Made by a program: the position numbers and the translations under genes. Under the pieces are notes generated by a model that worked only from the letters and a program-made list of their open reading frames with translations, had not been told where the DNA came from and did not search any database. Source: the human T2T-CHM13v2.0 reference genome, Homo sapiens. From it: a DNA stretch of 64,000 nt. The stretch is taken from the NCBI RefSeq assembly GCF_009914755.1, contig NC_060944.1; one strand, given 5' to 3'. Shown piece by piece: positions 58,161 through 64,000 of this stretch (position 1 is the first letter of the stretch; every line of letters begins with the position of its first letter).

Positions 58161-60209
58161 ACTGGAAGATCTTTTAAGGTAACAATTCTATAATAATATT
58201 AGAGTTCAGATGTGGAGGTGATCACAAAGCCCCAAAGATGAGAAAAGGTGAGTCATTCAATTGACATTTATAATCAGAATGCTTTGGGAAAGGCCCTTGG
58301 CTATGTGTTTAGCCAGCCCTGGTAGCAGAATTGCAAGATGTGACCAGATCTGCAGATAGTGGCCATATGTCAAGGACAACTCACCTGCCATCGAGCATCC
58401 TTGTCCTGAGCCTTCATAATGCAGTGTGTGTGCCAGGGGGTGTGGAGCTGCTGGTTATCATTGTGCATTTGCATAGCTCAACGGTATTTGTAGAAATGAC
58501 TGTTTCAAATGTCAGATTCACAAATGAGCAAGCATAGGTACGGCAGTCAAAATTTGTCTTTGGCCTTTCCCATCTTAGCTTTTGCTCCTCTCTTTTCTCT
58601 CTTTCTATATTCCTTGTCCTGAGTCCCCAGTATAGAAATAAGAGACACTGCTTTTTTTGAAGCACAAACCATGGAAAAATGAGGCCATGTATTCTAGATC
58701 AGTGATTTTCAAACTGGGGTACTCAGGCCCCTAGATGAATGTAAACATTTTCCCACAGATTCTCCTTCAAGGGAAGTATAAGAAAATCAACTTCCATACC
58801 TGTACTCCCATTACAAAGTTTCCTAATATCAACCATAATGCTCATTGCAATTGCCCAGATCCCACTCCATTCTGAATCAGACTATGCTGCCCTACTCCTG
58901 AGTAGAAAGCCCTCCAGGGCATCAAGCAGAGGGAACTTCCATTAGGGCATATCAGCCATTGTAAAACTCATGTGGGATTACTATCTTTCCCTGGCTTCTC
59001 TTAGGAATGAAGATTGCATTTTACAAATATTGCACGTTGCTAAAAGCACATATCTGGAGACTTCCTGGGATATTCTGAATTACATGTGATGGATGAACAG
59101 GGTATGCTGAGGGAGGATACCTGATGGTGCAGATATTCAAGGTCAGATGGGCTGTATCATTTGTATTGCTGATCTTGAAAATTAAAAATGAAAAAACTTT
59201 TCCCACAGAGATCGGTTGTAGCATTTGCTTAATTTCTTTCAATTAGAGTATCAAACAATTGCTCACAAAGACTGACACCCCAAGGAAGGCCTCCTTCCCC
59301 TGCTTTTTACCACCGATGTTAGTAAGCATGCTGCACAGTCGTCATCACATACTGATTTGTCACTTGAACTTGATTGACAAGAGACATAGACCAGTTGTGT
59401 GTGCATGCCTAATTTTATGGGTGAGTTGCATGGCTTGTGATGATTAGACATTAAACAAAATAAACTCTAAGTCCCTTGAGAGGAAGATCTAGTTTTATTT
59501 CACTTGGTTTCTTGCAGTTATTCATTCTCAATAAACAGTTTTTAAGTAAACAAATTAATGAATAAATATATTACCAATATAGGAATGTGCCTGAGTCTCC
59601 ATCATACAACCTAACTCTGCAGAGAATAACTGAAAAACAAAAAGTTTTCTATTCTTCTAGTTCAGTTTCATTTGTCTTAAAACAAGATCCCCCGCTTTTA
59701 GCTAGTTGTGTAGTGCTCCCTGCTCATTTTCATTGCAGCTAAGATATTCTATTTCTGCCAAAAGGCATTATTGACCTATTTTTTCATTCTCAATGACCAG
59801 AAAGTTGCTAAGTACAAGCTCTTCATTTCTTGATGACACTCTTCATCTCTTAGTTGAAACTTCTTAGAGGTCAGCTGGGATTCATTGCTAGTAGAGACCA
59901 CTGCCAACTTAGGCACAAACCACAATTTAAACAAAAACTAAGAGATATGAGGGTAAAGGATGGAAGTGATGCTGGGTGGGGGAGTAAGATATTAATTTCC
60001 CAAGATATGCTTGGCCATAGCACTGAGCAGAATTGACCTTGTTTTTTTGTTTTTGTTTTTGTTTTTGTTTTTTAATAATCAGGAGTGTTTTTTTGGTTTT
60101 GTAATTTCCTAAATAAGACACCACAGACTAGTTGAAAGAAATGGATTTTGCAACCCAAAGAATTTTGGTTTGAAGATCACTACCAGCCTCACGGTGAACT
60201 GCTGGAATA

Positions 60210-60390
60210 GTGAGAAGTTGGTGAGACACCTGGGTTTAGAATTCTGACTCAGCTAAATTATTTTGGGAAATTGGGTATGTTTTAAACCTTTCCAACCCTG
60301 TGTTTCCTTATCTGTAAAGTGAGAATACGTGGTATAACTTCTCAGAAGGTTTGGTAGCTCAGTATCTGACACATAGCATGTACTCATAAA
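60210..60390 (+). mobile_element. MIR SINE
   Basis: 'acctgggtttagaattctgactc...tgtttccttatctgtaaagtgagaat'. Confidence 0.6.
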
Positions 60391-63300
60391 GGCTGAGTGT
60401 CCATTTTAACCATGCAAAGGGTTATTTAGCTTCTCTGACCTTCACTTACCTTCTCAACTCCTCCTTCTACTTGCCTGTACAATACTGTGGGGGCAATCAA
60501 AATGCATTCAAAGGTGTATGGCACATGGCGACTCTAACAGAAAGTAATTAGTAATTATTAGTAATCTTAGTAACATTAATAATACTAGTACTTTTAAATT
60601 TAATGCTAATTAATACAAGTGTTAGTGCTGGAAGTTCTAATAATCATGACAGTTTGTAGGTAAGAGAAAAGATGCAGCCAAGACCCACATCTGGTCCTGA
60701 AAAATGAATATCAGAAGTTTGTTTTATTATTTTGCATTTTTCAAATCAAATGAAAATTTCCTTTGACTCTCACCGCTTCTATTTTCCTTCCTGCCCTTTG
60801 GAAGCCATTAATCTCCTATTTTCAGATTGATTTTAAAAAGCCAGCCACAATGCCAGTGCCTGCCCTCATTCCTCTGCTGAAGTGATTTCAGTTTCCTCTA
60901 AAATATTAGATTTTTCCCTTGCTCTTATTTACTATGCACAGATGCAGAAGGAGAATTACTCAAGTTTTGCAATAAAAATAAGCTTGGCTTTGTGAGCACC
61001 TGCTTTCCGCTGTTTAATAATGCCGAGCTCCCTTTTTCTCTGTGGTTCTGTTTACTCTTCTACAAATTATTTTTGTTCTCAGTTGACAAAGATAAATGAT
61101 GGGATTAATATATATTGAAGAAGTCTCTGTGAGCAGTATGCCAGCCCAGAGGAAGGGTGGGTATTATTTCCCTCAGGTAAGGAAACACAGCAAACTGGAT
61201 TAAGAGTAATTTGCTGTGGGGCTTATAGATGATCATGATCCATTAGTGGTACACCATTTATGAAAATTGCTTTTTCTTAAATAAAAATTAGAATGACTTT
61301 CACTATCTTGTCAGAACTGAGCCAATCCAACTGCATTTTCCCCCAAGGGAAAACAAAATATCAATGGCAAAGCTTAGATTCTTTTTATTTAAACTCAAAG
61401 CAATTTTCAAACTCTTCAAAGTAACAGTGAAAATAAACTGTATGGCAAAGAACTCTATTCTCTAACGTCCAGGAATACTGCTATACAGTTAAGAGTTGAA
61501 AACTCTAAAAAAAGATGAAAAGAAAAGAAACTATACAAAAATACTTGAAAGAAAAATGAGTAAAGTGAATCCAGTGTTGTACTTTTTGATCATCGTTATT
61601 AAAATTTTGCAAATGTATGTAATTTAGGTAGCGATTTTGCAAAATGTGGTGTGAGTGAAGACATTCAATATAATGGTATTTTTGTTTTCATCTTACGGAA
61701 TTTCTTTGAGTAATATTTTCAAACAACAAATTCAAAATGTACCTAAGCATCTCCTCTATCTTGGCATCCCATTTACCAAGCGCAGTGACTCCCACAGCTG
61801 AGATGAAGCACAATCAACACAATCTTACATTACCAGGCTGCCCTAGGACAGAACATTTTCATCTTGTTAGGAATGTATTCGTTTATTGTTGTGCCTATAA
61901 TAATTGTTAAAACTTTTTAACATTTGATTAGTTTTTTAAAAAATGCATTAAAGATGAGTCTAAAAAGTGTCAAAATGCTCATTATTTAGAACCATGAAAA
62001 AAAGTTTTGCCTTTCCTGTTTTAATTTGAAATTTCTTTTGCCTTCTTTGTTTTGGTGTGTGGATGAAGTAGCCTTATTTCTTATATTTCCAATTTGCATC
62101 TTGGGGTGGGAGTTGCTATCAGGCCAACATCTTCAAAGTGAAACAAAAAGAACGCAGGGAGCAGTTATGTCTTACATCGTACTCAAACAGGCCTTAGTTT
62201 TGCCAAGAACAAAAGCAGCTGTGGATTTGGAACAAGATTATGTTATGGGTGGCTGCACAGTCATGGATCTCTCATATGAGAATTGAGGGTGTGGAGCACA
62301 TTTATGATTCAGAAAGGAGAAAGAAGGACTTGTGTGTTCAGGACCTTGGGGTAAGGTTAGAATAACACACTTTTCTATCTCAAGTTAACCAACTGGAAAT
62401 TGGACTTCTCTTGAAGCTAGAGAATCCATCAGTCACCTGAATTAAAAAGAGGTGATTCTAAAGCTTTCATCAAGACCTGAAACCTTGATGCCCCAGAAAT
62501 TGGTGCATTGGTCGGGTATGGCCTTAGTGGTGCTGTGGAGTGGATGGTGTTCGTTTGTGAGAGCACCCACTCTTAAGTAATAGTGATGGGGGCCCCTGTG
62601 TTCAACACCTTGCTCCTGCCTTTTCCCACATTTATTCAGCTCACAGACACATAAATCTCAAAGTCACCCACATCCACACTGGCACTTGTGCCCAGGCGAA
62701 CATTGATAATGTAGACTCTGCTTCATGGACTCTACCCACAGGGGGGACCTGGATGGAAGCATTAGGCAGATTATAATAAGCCTCACAAAATTTGGATTCA
62801 TTGATTTTGTAACTTTGATGGCACCCAAATTTACCAAGTCTTGTCTGGATCCTTAGGATATCACACCAAGAAAGATTATTCCAAATAGGTCTACAGGTAA
62901 TCAGTTATTCTCAAAGCCAGTTGTCTACAACTGAATTTCCCAAATCTGTCCTAGGAGGTTTGGTCAATGCCCAAGTTAATCAGATACCTTCATGTTCATC
63001 GGAGGCTAAGAGTTGCCTGTTAATATAATGCCTGAGTAAACAGGTGGTGTTAACTATCATAGTGATACTTTCCCCCTCCTTCATAAAACTTTAAAAGTCA
63101 GGCCATTTAGTATTACATTTATACAACATGTAAGGACAGACTGGAACAAATGGAATCTTGTCTAGTTCAGAAATATTAAGTTGTTCTCTATACCACCTTT
63201 CCACAAGCAAGTAAATCAATTCAAAGCATTCCATCCAAGAAACTGGAAGTCTCTTGATGTGCGTAGCTGTGATAGCAAGATTATAAATGGGAAAAATGAG

Positions 63301-64000
63301 GTATATATTTGAGAACAGTTCCCTTCTAACCCCTAGAATTCCTAAGATTATCACTCAGTGGTCAAGATGGTCATAGAAATATGGTTCTCATGGGGAAACC
63401 AGATGGCGGGAGCAGGGTTCCTGAAGAGACCATCATCACCGTTCCTAAGGAGTGCTCTTACAAACCAACAGCACCCACTCTACTCTCCACCCAGTTAATT
63501 CTGTCCATCTTTCAGTTTATTGCAAATCCCTCACCTCCATGCAGTTTCCCCTGATCCCTGCAGTGGGCCAGGCCTCCTGGTTACCTGCTCCCATGGCACC
63601 CTGCACTGCTCCTGGTAATACTTAGCAGAGGTGTGGTAAATCATTACTAGTGTAAGTTTATAAGCAAGGTGGGGATGGGGGTCTTGCCTGTATTATTTTC
63701 ACACAATGTTTCTACATCATAGATTCTCAAAAAAAAATTGTTTAATAAAACTAATGGTGGATAAGTGAGTGAATGTGTGTGTGAACAAAAGTCACTTATA
63801 TGTAAATGTCTGACAAGGAAGAGCTGAGTAAATGTATATTTTCATCTTTCCTCATATATCACAGTGTGGGGGACAACTAACCCCTCTACATGGATATTAG
63901 AAGCCAGGCTTGGTTGGCTGCTATGGAACATGCAAAGCCATGTGGCCCAGTGGAGTCTACAGAGAGGTTCATGCAACAACTTGCCCTTCAGTCAATTAAC

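Noticed and set aside
63091-63354. Protein-like 87-aa ORF with a possible - strand splice acceptor at 63267-63268
   Set aside because: Only a weak donor downstream and no recognisable homolog; needs RNA evidence

Overview
Primate (human-like) non-coding nuclear DNA, AT-rich, CpG-depleted and dense in repeats (Alu, L1, L2, L3/CR1, MIR, THE1/MLT/LTR33/LTR47-type LTRs, MER/Tigger DNA transposons). I cannot support any protein-coding gene, RNA gene or CRISPR array. The long ORFs are L1 ORF2, Alu or LTR remnants, or chance. I found no convincing new functional system. The informative content is a set of retrotransposition and DNA-repair fossils: (1) a 3'UTR-only retrocopy, most likely of ST13, with a 5' inversion and target-site duplication (TSD); (2) two further inverted (twin-primed) L1 insertions; (3) two THE1 LTRs 1.15 kb apart that share the same 21-bp unique downstream flank, the second followed by an iterative fold-back scar; (4) two abutting near-perfect hairpins, one of pre-miRNA size; (5) a strong CTCF motif and an LTR with phased CCAAT boxes plus an octamer. 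Repeat subfamily names and the ST13 call come from recalled consensus/mRNA sequence, not from a search. Boundaries of old repeats are approximate.
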